DNA from: Chara braunii
Lineage: Eukaryota; Plantae; Charophyceae
Assembly (NCBI GenBank): GCA_003427395.1
Contig: BFEA01000020.1
Span: forward strand, 3,941,767 to 4,005,766
Reading direction: 5' to 3'
DNA: 64,000 bases
Part shown: positions 24,334 to 37,500 of the stretch, piece after piece
How the letters are laid out: each line of letters opens with the position of its first letter
Position numbering within the stretch: position 1 is the first letter of the stretch
The notes under the pieces: generated by a model
Told to the model about the DNA's origin: nothing
The model's database searches: none
Seen by the model: the letters and a program-made list of their open reading frames with translations, nothing else
Made by a program: the position numbers and the translations under genes

Positions 24334-27010
24334 TGTGTCTGAGTGTCACTGTGTATTGTCAGTCTGTGTCACCGTGTATGTCACAGTGTTTCACTATGTT
24401 TGTGTGTTCGTCACTGTGTGTCACTTGCGTATGTGTCACCGCGTGACCGCGTGCGTGTTTGACATAGTGTGACTGTGCGTCACGGTGTGACTGCGTATCT
24501 GAGTGTGTCACTTTGCATCGTTGTGTATCTGTGTCGCCGTGTATCTGTGTGAGTGTTACTATGTGTCTGTGTATTTGTCACAGTGCACCATGTATCTGTG
24601 TCACCGTGCACTTGTGTCTCTGTGTCACCGTGACAGTGCACTGTGTCACAGTATCTGTGCGACTGCATATCTGCGTCACAGTGTATATGACACTAAGTCT
24701 GTGTGTGTAACCCTGTGTATCTGTGTCACAGTGTACGTGACACTAAGTCTGTGTGAGTGTGACCCTGTGTATATGTATCACAGTGTATGTGACACTAAGT
24801 CTGTGTGTTTGTGTGACAGGGACTGTGTACGTGTGTCCACTGTGTACGCGTCACTGTACATGTCACAGTCTGTTTTGCTGTATTTTTGCGCCTCTGTGAC
24901 TGTCACAGTGTCTGTGTATGTCACAGTGCACTGTATATTTTCTGCAGTGTGACTGTACCGAGTCAGCGGTACATCACCATTCAGTCAGCGGTACAATCCC
25001 AGTCAGTCCATGTCCAGTCAAACAAGTACCGTATGGGATTGTGTGCACCACGGGCATGGGAAAGGCCAGACCAACGAGCTATAGAAGCATAAATCAAGGG
25101 GCAGCACCAACCATTGATTCATTCGCTGCGTAATCCATGCGCAAACGCTGCTACAGCGTCTTGTGCGAAGTGGTCTGCAGGTTGTCCGAAGTTAAAGTGG
25201 GTTGAGAGGAGCTTAGCCATAGTAGTAGTAGCGAGCGGCTGTAGCCGCCATAAGTTAGTGATGGCTGTTAGTGTATATGTGTGTGTGTGACAGAGTATGT
25301 CACCTTGACTGTATCTGTATGTCATGTGTGCGTGTCACCATGACCGTGTGTCACAATGTCTGTGTGAGTGTCATAGTGCCCTGTGTGTTCGTTACAACGT
25401 CTGTGTGTTTGTCACAGCGTCTGTGTGTATTCCACCGTGTCCGGGTTTCTGTGACTGTGTGTTTTCTCAGTGTGTATGTGTCACTGCTCAGTGTGACCGT
25501 GTGTTTTCACTGTGTGCACTGTGTTTCATCGTGCACCGTATGTCTGCGCACTGCGTTTCACTATGTGTTTTCACTGTCACAGTATCTATGTGTGGATCAC
25601 AGTCTTTGTCCACGTCTCAACACCTGCCTGCATATGTCACTGTATCTGTCTGTGTCATGGCGTTTGGTTGTGTGTATCGCTGTGCCCAGTGTATCTGTGC
25701 CACCGTGCACCTATGCGACCGTGTATCTGTGCATGTCTGTCGTATGCGTGTCATCATATGTATGTCACAGCGGCGGCGTGCCTGTTTTATTTTGTCTTTG
25801 TGTGTCTCATGGTGTCACTGTGTCTGCGTGCTGCAGTGTTTGTGTCACTTTATGCCACTGTGTGAACATGTTTGCATGTCACAGTATCTGTGTCCCTATA
25901 TGTATGAGTGTCACCGTGTGACTGTATGTCATTGTGTGACTATGTGTCTGTCACAGTGTATGTGTCACAGAGTATGTGTCACTGTATATGTCACAGTCTA
26001 TTGTGTGTGTCACAGTGTTTCACTGTGTATGTCACCGTGACTGCGTGTATCACCGCATGATTGTCACCGTGTGACAGTGGGACTGTCACTGCGTGATTAT
26101 GTGTTTGTCACAGTGTATGTGTCACAGAGTACGTGTCACAATGTATGTGTCATAGTATATGTGCCACTGTGTATCTGTCACAGTGTGTCCGTGGCACTGT
26201 GACTGTGTCACCGTACATCTGTGTGATACTATGCACTGTATACCTGTCACAGTTCACTATGCCTGCGTCATTGTGTGTCAGTGCCACTTGTGTATCTGTG
26301 CGTGTTTCACTTGTGCATATCACACTGTCTGTACGTGTGTCACTATGTGTGACACGCCATCTGTGTGTGTGAGTCACCGTGATCGTGTGTGTGGCACAAT
26401 GTCTATACGTCACAGTGTGCCTATCACTGTGTTGCTGTGGATGTCACAGTCTGTGTCACTGTGCACCGCCCGTGCACCTGCGTGACTTAGTATCTGTGTG
26501 GTTTATTGTGTGTGTCACAGTGACCGCGTGTGTTCACAGTATCTGTGTGTGTTCACAGTATCTGTGTGTGCGTGACTGTGTATGTCACTGTGCCTGTGTC
26601 ATCGTGACAGCGCACTGTGTCATCGTGACAGTACACTGTGTATTGTATGTGTTTCGTTGCCGTTCGTGTCACAAGGCATCTGTGTCACTGTGTATTGTAT
26701 GCGTTTCGTTATGTCTGTGTCACGGTGCCTCCGTGCCACTGCGTATTGTGTGTTTGTCACTGTATGACTGTCTGGGTCACTGTGTATGTGACACTATGTC
26801 TGTCTATGTCACAATCATCTGGCTATGTGTGTCACAACATCTGTGTGTTTTCACCGTGTATCTGTATGACACCGTGTCTATTTCACTGTATGTCCGTCTG
26901 TGTGTTGTTTCTGTGTATGTTATCTTGTGTTTGTGTGTGTGTGACTGTGTATGTGTCACATTGTGACTGTCACCGCGTATGCGTCACTGCGTATCTGTGT
27001 GACATGACAC
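24334..27010. repeat. Degenerate TG-rich satellite (TGTGTCAC / GTGAC motifs)
   Basis: Low-complexity block with one non-repetitive island at ~24960-25270. Confidence 0.9.
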
Positions 27011-27564
27011 ATGTCGCATACCGTAATGGTGTAGACCAGAACAAGAACCGACCTCTCTTACATAGTACAGGATAGCGCAGCAGAAGGCTAAAATACGAAT
27101 GATCAGACCAATCAATGTCGTAATGCAGACCAAGCATTCATCATCATCATCGCAGGGCGTGAAGGGCCCTGACGCTCACACAGGGGGAATGTGCCAGTAC
27201 TCAAACATACACAGACGAGGAGGACGGCGAATAAACGAAGAAGAGGTATGGTGCCAAAAGTAAGTCTCCCTGTCTATTTGTCTGTCTGCCTGTCTGTCAG
27301 TATGTCTGTTGGTCGTGGCTCTGTGTAGATGTAGTGCAGTTGTGTGTGTCTGTCCAGGTATGCAGAGTGTTGTGTGTGGGGTATCCAGGGTGATCCAGCG
27401 TATGCGAACAAAGAGTTGTTTGGGCGCTGAGTCGCCATAGTCATTGAAAATAAACTCGTATCTGGGTTTCCATATCTCTGAGTTTCGAGTGGGCGCATGT
27501 CGCCAGTTTGCTGCACTACTGTTTGTATGCCTGAGAAGCGTGAATGAAAAACGAGTCTAATTTT

Positions 27565-27627
<63 letters not shown>

Positions 27628-28061
27628 TAAGGAAGATGAGCAATAGCGAGCTTCAACAATCAAACAACATCATATACACAAACCAGATGGTCGTGAACTC
27701 GAACCAACAGCAGAATTGCTTCACGAGTTTCACCAAATAAGAAGACACCAAAAGCTCAAAATTGACAATGTTGAAATAGTCTCATCATCATCAACGAAGA
27801 ACCAGAGTTGATATCCTACCTGGCGTTCGGCGCCCAGACTACATATGGCAGATCCTATCTAGCCTATACTACAATGCCGAAGTTTACGACAATAGCTCCC
27901 CCGAAGTACGAGCATACAACGACCAATGTCACACGCCTCCAGCACCGAGTATGTCCCTCGCCTCACTCACAACCTCGGTCCCCCCCACACAGATGCCACG
28001 TGCACCCAGAACCACCATGCACCTAATAATAATAATAGTAATAATAATAATAATAATAATA

Positions 28062-28122
<61 letters not shown>

Positions 28123-28520
28123 TAATAAAAATAAAAATAATAACAACAATAACAAAATGCAAGAAATGAGGGACGGCCAAATCAAACAACATCATACACG
28201 TGTGACCAGATAGTAGTGACTTCGAACCAACAACAAAATTGCATCACGAGTCCCACAATGCTGGAATAGTCTCATCATCATCATCATCAATGAAGAACCA
28301 ATGTTGGTATCCTATCTGGCGCTAGGTGCCCAGACTACTAATGTCGGATCCTATCTAGCCTAGACTACGATGCCGCTGATGACGTTAACAGCTTCCCAAG
28401 TACGAGCAATCCTCGGCTAATGCGGTTCACCTCAAGCACCAGGTATGTCTCTCGTATTACTCACAACCTCGTTCCCCAACTCACAGATGCCACGTGTACC
28501 CAAGATCGCCATGCACCCCT
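27565..28520 (+). repeat. Two diverged tandem copies of a ~470-bp unit, each starting with (AAT)n
   Basis: Shared blocks AATCAAACAACATCATA, GAATAGTCTCATCATCATCAA, GATCCTATCTAGCCTA, CACAGATGCCACGTG. Confidence 0.8.
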
Positions 28521-28647
28521 TCTCTCCTTCCCTCTCTCTCACTCTTCCTCACTNNNNNNNNNNNNNNNNNNNNNNNNNNNNNNNNNNNNNNNNNNNNNNN
28601 NNNNNNNNNNNNNNNNNNNNNNNNNNNNNNNNNNNNNNNNNNNNNNN

Positions 28648-28697
<50 letters not shown>

Positions 28698-31600
28698 CGT
28701 GTACCAGGTACTAACCTCTGAAGGTGGCGTCTTGATGCAGGTACCTTGAAGACGAAGCTGGAGCTATGGCATCACAGGTAAGTCTCCCTCTAACCTCCCC
28801 CACATCTCTCTCTCTCTCACTCTCACACACACACACACACACACATAAGAAGAAAAATCAATGTGGCAGCGTATATTTTTACGTTCTAGCGTTAGATTCA
28901 TTCGATCTTGCTGTGTAGATTTCCACGTTCTACGGTGAGATTCATTCGATTTGGCAGTGTAGATTTTCACTTTCTAGCGCTAGATTCATTCGATTTCCCC
29001 CCCTCCTATCGCTGTAAGTAGCGAGAGGTCAGTCGCGGGGTAGAAGACTTACCTGTCTTCTCTCCCTCATCGTCGTTGTCGTCGTCGTCGTTGCCGTCCG
29101 ACATAGCTCGATGTGTCCCCTGCAACTCCGCACAATCCGACATGATGTGCAGCATACCGAAACCACAGCACCCCGGGTGCGACTGTCACAGCGTGCATTC
29201 CGACAAGTTGGGCGGACCTCAGGTAAGTCGCCTTTCTTTTTTTCCCCCTCTTCTCCTTCTTCTTCTTCATTTCTTCTCCCTCTCCTTCTTCTTCCTCATC
29301 TTCCTCTTCTTCTTCTCCTTCTCCTTCTTCTTCTCCTCTTGCGCCTGTTTTCTTTCGCGCGGCCGATCTTTCTTTACTCCGCGCGCTCCACCTCTGATTC
29401 TCAGTCCGCGCGTTGCGACCTCACCCACTCTCTGTGCACCCTCCGCCTCACTCTCCTCCTACAACCCCGAGGTCGTCTCCTCCTTGATCGCGCCATCTCT
29501 ATTGCACCCCGCGCCATCTCCTCTGCTTCCCGCGCATCATCTCCACCGCACCCCGCGCCATCTCCTTTGCTCCCTGCGCCATCTCTACCGCACCCCGCGC
29601 CATCTCCACGGCTCCCCGCACCATCTCTACCTCACCCCGCGCCATCTCCTCTGCTCTGTTCAGTACCACGCTCTCCACCCATGCGCAATGCTACTCTGCT
29701 GCTCGCCCTGGATCGTTGTGTCGCCCGACGAGCACTCCTGCTTGAGCAAACGAGCCAGAGTCGCGGATTTGTGTTCAGATGTTGAGGATTTTTCCTGGTA
29801 ATGAATCTGCACGACAAACTGGGCAGGTGCATTAAGGTAGTTTGTTGTAAAAAAAATAAAAAAAAATAAAAGGAAATGGAAGAAATAAAACTTAGTAAGA
29901 AATAAAATAGAAATTCAAAAAGAAAAGAAAGGAAAAGAGCAAAAATCTAACGAAATCTAACTGCTAACTTTCTAACCGCGCCAACTATCATCACGACTCT
30001 AACTTAAACTATTCTCGAACTCCAGGTCACGGGTTCAAGCCCCCGTCGCCCGAAGTCAGGGTTTAAAGCACCAACTCCCTTACAAAACAAAAGTTTAGCT
30101 CAAGGGTCGGGGCAAATTCGATCCTTGTATCTCCCGCTAGATAGTCTACCCCGAAACCCATTGAGCTAGCTCCTACTTCGGATAGAAGTGGAGTAGCTTA
30201 GATACAACTACAGTATCGGGGCTTAGTCCGACCGGCGGCCTGAGCCCAATTCTAAGTCTGTGTATGGGCACGCTTGCCGGTCTGCGTGCCTTTCCGAGTG
30301 CTTGTCGGCTCCTGCAAGGGCACTTGGTTGATCTAAAGGCCCGAAGGCTGGTACTTACTTGTAGCCGTGACATTGAGGGTCGCGGCGGGAAAACACTCAA
30401 GTGGCGGGAAAAGAGGTCCGGGACACTCGGGAGGAACAAAAACACTCAAGTAGCACGTATACCGGTACCTCACCTTAATAGAGGTAGATGTACCGAGTAC
30501 TCTAGGCTGAGCAAAGGAAGACAAACATTGATATTTTTAGACGCCCAGTACCAGTAGGTAGTCAGGTACCAAACCAAGTCTCAGTGCGTGTCGTAGATCT
30601 ACCCGACACAGTATTAACCCAATCAACCCCTCGACCTTTTCGGTCAAAGGGTATTACTACTAATCTTAACCATCACATCGCGCATTATAACAACGCGCGC
30701 GCATATTCTCAAAATTTTCTCACTGATTCGCCCCAGCCTCAATGGTCGAGGAAATCGTTTTCAAGTGTCGCGAGAAAACGCGCACACCCCTTTTTCATCC
30801 TAGATTGGCTCCGTCATGGCAACCGACATCGTCATCGTGTCGAATGCAAAAGCATGGCCAAATACCATTGTAAGGGTATTTGGTCCGACAACGCCCCGTC
30901 TTGATACGTGCCTAGGAGTCATATCCGCTCATCTCGAGAAACCCTAATCTTGACATTTCCTTGCCAAGCCTGCGCTTCTACCATACAGATTCCGCACCAT
31001 CGATTCCCTCATCATCCTAGCCCAACCCTAACACTCCCCACCAGAATCCCCACGGCCCACCACCATACCTCCCCTTTCTCCCCCTCCCCTTCTTTTTTCC
31101 TCCTCTTTTTTTTTTTTTTTTTTTTCCTTACTTTCTCCTTTGGCATACCGTCCCAACCTTGCGCTTTTCACTAGCCAATGCCCCACCCCTTTTGCTTTCC
31201 TACCCCTCACCCACAAACTAATAATACCCCTCTCTATTCTAAGAATCTCTCGGATAACCCTCCCCCACAACCCCACAACAGTTCCGTTTCTACGAAACTT
31301 CAAACAAACCACCTGACCCTGATCCCGACAAAACTTCGGACTCCGGATCGAACCCTAAGCTGCGTCACGGAGAGCACGAAGCTCCGTTGACCACCCTTCT
31401 TCGCCTCCAAACATCATGCGAAGTCACACACTCACTCCCAACTCACCATAAGTGCTCTCGCAAAATCCCCCCCATTCCCCTCGATCATATTTCTCTCCGA
31501 TCTACCACCATTAACCCCGGTCAATCCCTGTCCCCATACTATCTAAATAACCTCTCTCGCCACCATAAATATCTCCCTCACATCCTAGTCCTATAACCCC

Positions 31601-31963
31601 CTCTCCAAAATCCTATTCACAACCACACCCATTCAACGTACTAAACCAGCGTCAACTAAATATAACCCTACCCTCGCTAACTCAACTCTGCCCTCCTCAC
31701 TCCCTCATTCATACCCACCCCACATTCCCCAATATAAAGTCATTCAAACAAATCCATTCAACATCCCCCCCGATCTCTACTACCCTAGACACCATACACT
31801 CACACTCTCCCAAACCATACACCCTCATCACCCTCACTCCCGGACTTCCACCCTAATCAGCTCCTCCCCACCCCTAAATCCCCTTCAAGTTCGAGTCCAG
31901 CCCTCACGCCTCTTCTCTGTTAGATAGCAACCCTACTGTCCCACCTTCCCCTCACAATCAATC

Positions 31964-34517
31964 ATGGCCACGCGCGACACGGGTCAACACTCCGGTCATC
32001 CATTCGGTCAATCGTCAAACCATCCCCCACCCCCTCAGCCCATCTCAGAGGCGGATCGTGACAGAATTTAAACCCTCCTCGACAGTTGCTATGACGCTGG
32101 GGTCTTTCCTAACACCTCCATCTCTCATGGGGAAGTCGAGATCATCGACGGAATCGACCACCTCAATATTAACGAGAAAATCGACACGGCAACAGTAAAC
32201 TGGTTAAAAGCCAAAACTGTGATCGTGATTTTCCAAACCAGAGGGGCAACGGTGTCAATTGCACAGTGAGAGCAATTCATTCGCATCTATGAAGATGCCT
32301 GGTACCAGGATATAAACTTCAACCCGTCACAACGACGAGGTCGCACGCACGGAGAGAGTCCTAACATTATGTCCTACGTGGCTCGCTCGCAAAGGATAGC
32401 AGAGTACCTATACATGAGGAACAAGACTCCATTCCTTTGCGCCAAGGACCAATTCGCGTCCTCTTCAAGTCGTGGATGACACAGCAAGAATTGGACCAAA
32501 CAAGGGACCAAGAGGCGGCAGGCAAATACAAAATCATAGCTCTGCGAGTTCCACTAAATGCGATGTTCTCACTTCGTCATGCGATTGAAAATCTCATTGC
32601 CCCCATTATAGAGATGCTCCCACCCGAAAGGAGAGACGACGAACCGCGGCTACGAAACGTCAGAATCGACTGTTAGCGATCCGCACGAGAGAACTTTATG
32701 GAGTGAATAGTTCTCCGCAGGCCCAACGGCCAGGAACTCCAGATCCAGCTGGCCAACCAAGACACTCCATTCTGCAGGAAGTGTCTGTGGTGGTATCACG
32801 ATGACTTTGACCCAGACTGTCCCAGATTCAATGAACCCCTGCCTGCCGGTTGTCAGGGCCTAGGCAGGGGCCGCAGTCGGGGTCCAAGCGGCCGAGGAGG
32901 ACGTCCCCCCCCAACTTCATCAGCACAAGTCGGGGTTCTTTTGAGGCCCCCGCCTCCAACACCTATACCTCCTATATCAACCTCCACATTCCGCCCCTTA
33001 TCTCTGTCTCAACAAGTACCTGGACCACTCCCCGCTCCCCCTCAACCCACAGCCTCACTATTAACTCCCCTCTCCAAAATGCACCACTTCACCCCCAAAC
33101 CTACCAACAACACCCAATAAATCACTACCTGTCCTCCCTTTCAACCACAACGCACAACCCTCCTCCACTATCAGGGTTGCTGCGCTCACCTCCCCTGGTC
33201 TACATTCAACACCCTCAGTATCCACCACCCCTCCAACTCCCCACCCGCACTGCAACCGACCCGTATCAAGCACCTCCCCCTCCCCTGTGCCATACATTGT
33301 CCCACACCCCGTCAACACCCACCCTGACCGCTTCACACTACCGCACAAACCCAGACCCCGCACTCAATGACCCTGTCGCCAACCCCCAACAATAATATCT
33401 CACCTACAACAACCCATACTTTAATCCCAACCCATCACATCCTCTGCTACTAACGTAAGGTCTACACCCCCCCATCGGATCGACTTCATCCCCTGTACTC
33501 AGGCTGGATACCTCAATAACTGCGAACCCTCGCAGACCGCCGATTGACGACCACCCTTGCCCAGATGCACAGATGAGAGACCAGAGGCAAACAGCCCGAA
33601 CTCCAATGAAACAGAGACGGGTCAACCATGATGGGCAGGGGGAGGTCACCCTCGAGGCTGAGGAGGAGGAGCTGGACTTCATTGTGCTGACTAAACCCCA
33701 CTCTTCACCCTCCCGGGCACCATCATCTGCAGGTAACAGCTCAGTCGAAGCCCAGTCCAGCCAGCTCCCCTCTCACCCCTCAGCTAGCAGGTTAACCAGC
33801 TCTTCCATCAGACACCAGATGGTTCTGATGATTTTCATGCTAACCCCCCAAATCATGGCAAAACGAACTGACAAAGGTATCTTAGCCATCCCTACCATCG
33901 AGACTGCTACCCCACCTACTACTAAAGATGCTATCAAAGCAGTAGCTTCCTCGTTCATAGCAGACCGATTTGTATTCCGCCTAGTCCAGAAAATCCGGAT
34001 CGGCGGATCAGCGATCGAGACTGCTACCCCACCTACTACTAAAAATGCTATCAAAGCAGTAGCTTCCTCGTTTATAGCAGACCGATTTGTATTCCGCCTA
34101 GTCCAGGGAATCCGGATCGGCCGCAAGTCGGTCGCTGCACCCACAAGGGGCAGTTGACACTTTTGCATCGGGACCTTGGATGCAAAAATATCCTTGGACA
34201 CATCAGCTCTGCTCACCACTCAAGGGGTAGTCTGGCTTCCCTCCGCATGGCTTGTAGACAAGAACACTGAAAAGCTCAAGGAAGCTTGGCTAACAGACGA
34301 CGTGGATGCTACCCTGGTCGCTGATTTTTGCTCCACGCTGGCTACTGACAAGCAACCGCACTCTCCGGGTTTCCGCAACTTGCTTCTTGCACCCTGGGTA
34401 ACACCTGCAGAAACAGAGCAGACCCGCAAAACTCGTACTTCACGCCAGCCAAATGACGACCATCAACAACAGATCCAACTTTCTGCTGCTCCTCACCAAG
34501 ACAATGGACATGCTTAG
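31964..34517 (+). pseudogene. LINE ORF1 remnant
   Basis: Begins ATGGCCACG; multiple stops; Cys/His knuckle-like CRKCLWWYHDDFDPDC at ~32773; Pro-rich middle; 117-bp internal tandem duplication at ~33898-34120. Confidence 0.6.
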
Positions 34518-37500
34518 AATAGCCACTTGGAACGTTCGTGGACTAGGGGACACATCTGGGCACCATCGAAAAGCCAGACTCAAGACATGGGCGCATGACA
34601 ACGCAATCCAGATCCTGATCCTGCAAGAGACCAAGTTGGACGACTCAAAGCTACGCCAAATCAGTAATTTGTGGAAAGGGGAACAAATTTGGTCCCCAAC
34701 TCAAGGTACCCGCGGGGGGGTAGCGATACTCCTACATCGAAATCTGCAGCTAGAAGTTCTAGCCTCAGATGCTTACTTGTGGGGGCACTCGGCATGGATC
34801 CAAGCCCAATTGGGAACGCAACAATGGACCTTCATGTCCATTTATACCCCTTCTGAGCCAACGGAGAGAAGATACTTTTTGGAAGAGTTCCCTTACCAAG
34901 TCCCCGGCCTTCTTCCCTCGAAAGCTCGACGCCCAGATGCTGCTGAACTTCATGGAAGTCAACCCCTTTACGAACGCCTATAGGCACACTCACCCGCAGG
35001 ACCACGGGTACACTTGGTTCTCATCACAGAGAACTGGGAACTGCCCCCCTCCGAAGAGAAGACTTGATCTGATCCTCGCCAAGGGAGCCGCATGGGAAAC
35101 GATGACATCAGCCGATGTCATGATCACCCCTGGTTCAGATCACAGGCCTGTTGCGGCAGAATTCCTTTTAAACGACCGACTCCAGCGAGGCCCAAACATT
35201 TTCAGATTCAATACGGACCACCTTAGCTCTCCAGACATTTTGCAGTGGGTTGCAACCCACTGGAAAGACTGGCAGCACACAAGGGATTGGTTCGACTCGG
35301 AGGAGCAATGGGTAGCGGTAGGATTCAGAGCCACAACTCGTGCACTCGATGCGTTTTCACGAATTCAGGCTAGAGGGAGGTGCCTGCAAGAGGAGGAATG
35401 CGTAGCTAATGTAAGGGAGGCCGATGATATGTTGGAGACAGACACGCCGACAGAGTTGTACTGGCTTCACAAGAGGGACAAGTGGCTCTCGAAATGGGAG
35501 GACTTGCAGATCGAACAACAGATCAATTGGGCCAACAAGGCCAAAGAAAAAGGCATGATCACTGCTGATCGCATGAGCAAAGAAGCGTTCTGGCGCATCT
35601 GTCCACAGCGGATGCACGTAGCAATCAGAGAATTCCAACACCCATTCCACGCTGAAGCAGACACATCGACAGACTCCAAGACCATAGGGGACTTTGCAAA
35701 ACAATACTTTGAAGATATACTTACCTCTCGGAGACCTCCGGAACAGTCATTGCATCAACTGCGAGCTGAATGTGACATATGGCAGAACACAACAGCGTGC
35801 CTCACTGCACCCTCCTCGACCATTCAGGCCATGGTCAAAGGAAAAAGCCCAGGCTCGGACGGGCTCCCCGTGGAGTTTTATGAGGCAATCTGGGAGCATG
35901 CGGGCCCGATCTTATTGAGCCTGATCAACAAGATTTTGGATGGAGGCTCCCTACCGGAGGATATTAAATTAGGTGTGATTACATTGTTGTACAAGAAGGG
36001 GGACAAACGGAACGTGCGCAATTGGACCCACGCTGCCCCACTTCCCACGTCGGACCAACCCTAACCCTAAGTGGTTAGCCCTAACACTTGCGTTAGGGTT
36101 AGGGTGGATAAGTCAACTCTCACCAACAAGTAGAATCAGCTCTGATACCAATGTTATGATCCTGGCCAATTTCGAAGTACACATTCATCAGATAGTACAA
36201 TGTCGTCCAATTGCCGTCAAATTGAAAATGAAATGAATGAACTTGAGAGGAGAGGGATGGTAAGAAGAAGAAGAAGAAGAAGAAAGAAAGAAGAAGAAGA
36301 TGATGTACACCAGCATAGACAAATGATAATGCTCTTCTTCTTTGCCAAACACTCTCCTCCTCCTTAACTCCTCTCTTATTCAGACAAATAATAATACAAT
36401 GTTGAATGGCTGAACCACAATCAATGTTTGAATCCCTCTTCTACAACAGGCATCACTTGAGGCCCACCATAGCCATGGCCGCCTCTCTCCTTCTTCCTCC
36501 TAGGCCGAGGCTATGGCGGACTATCGGGGCATGGCCCGACTCTCCAAAGGACAACACGAAGCAGCTATGGCTGCTCTAGCTCAGGCCGCCATGCCTGCCT
36601 CTGCCTCAAAGCTTCTTGGTGTAGCTCTGCCCCAACGGGGGCCTTCCTGCTGCAGCCCCCACCAAGGTAATGAAGATGGCAACCACCATAGCTAGGTAAG
36701 TACCTCTAGCGCTCCCCCTTCCTCTTGGTCTTCTTCCTCCTCTGCGTCCTTGCTCCTTCCCCACCACCGCTGCTCCAAGCTAGCGCTGCTCCANCCAGCG
36801 CTCCAACCAGTGTGTCGCCAAACTTGCACACCGACAATGAGGNTGGGCTCTTCGCCCGACCTGGAGATATAGCGGCCTNCTTNCCTCTTGGGCAGTGACT
36901 TNNAGNCCGCTCGGCCTTCCAAGCAACCGGTACCTCCTCCCTTTCGGAGGGAAACATCATTGCAGACTCTGATATTGCCCGTACAGGCCCTAGACTCAGA
37001 CTGGCTGGACTGGTACCCGCCTAGACCTAGCCTACAACTACTGGGCCTCTAAAAATGCCAACTTTTGTCTTCTTNTGCTCGGCCCCGAGTACCCGGCACA
37101 TCTACCTCTTCAGGGTGTGGTACCGGCCTACCTGCTACTTGAGTATTTCCCTGCTGCTTCAAGTGTTGCGGGCCTCTTCCCCCACCACTTGAGTGCGGGT
37201 CACACACACACTCACGCCAACAAGAGCTCAGACAAAAATGCAGATCAGCAAGTGTGCACACACACAGACTCAGTAACAAGCAGGAAACTCAGCAAGGCAT
37301 TAGGTCCATGAGCAAAACAAAAAAATCAGTTGTGTGTCTCAGTCCGTGTTTGGTCAAGTCATCACAATTATGTTTCCCCCCGACGTTTGTCTCGATCTAG
37401 ACTATTTTGTTACCAGTCTTATGACCCTTGTTCCACTGAGTCTAAGTGACCCTTGTTCTTTTGATAAATAAAAGCGTGGAGAGCAGGGTGCGGCAATTGG

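Noticed and set aside
24334-27075. Many Cys/Val-rich ORFs of 60-238 aa
   Set aside because: Translations of a TG-rich satellite; no domain motifs.
28700-29230. Exon-like segments with GTAAGT donors on both strands
   Set aside because: No recognisable protein motif or consistent exon chain; probably TE-derived.
30260-30268. GTGTATGGG as the 5' TSD of the large LINE (also follows the poly(A) at 46983)
   Set aside because: Only 9 bp, does not extend, and could be chance; the LINE 5' end is left undefined.
30810-30980. Cys/His-containing segment upstream of LINE ORF1 as a second PHD finger
   Set aside because: Ligand spacing is incomplete and interrupted by a stop.
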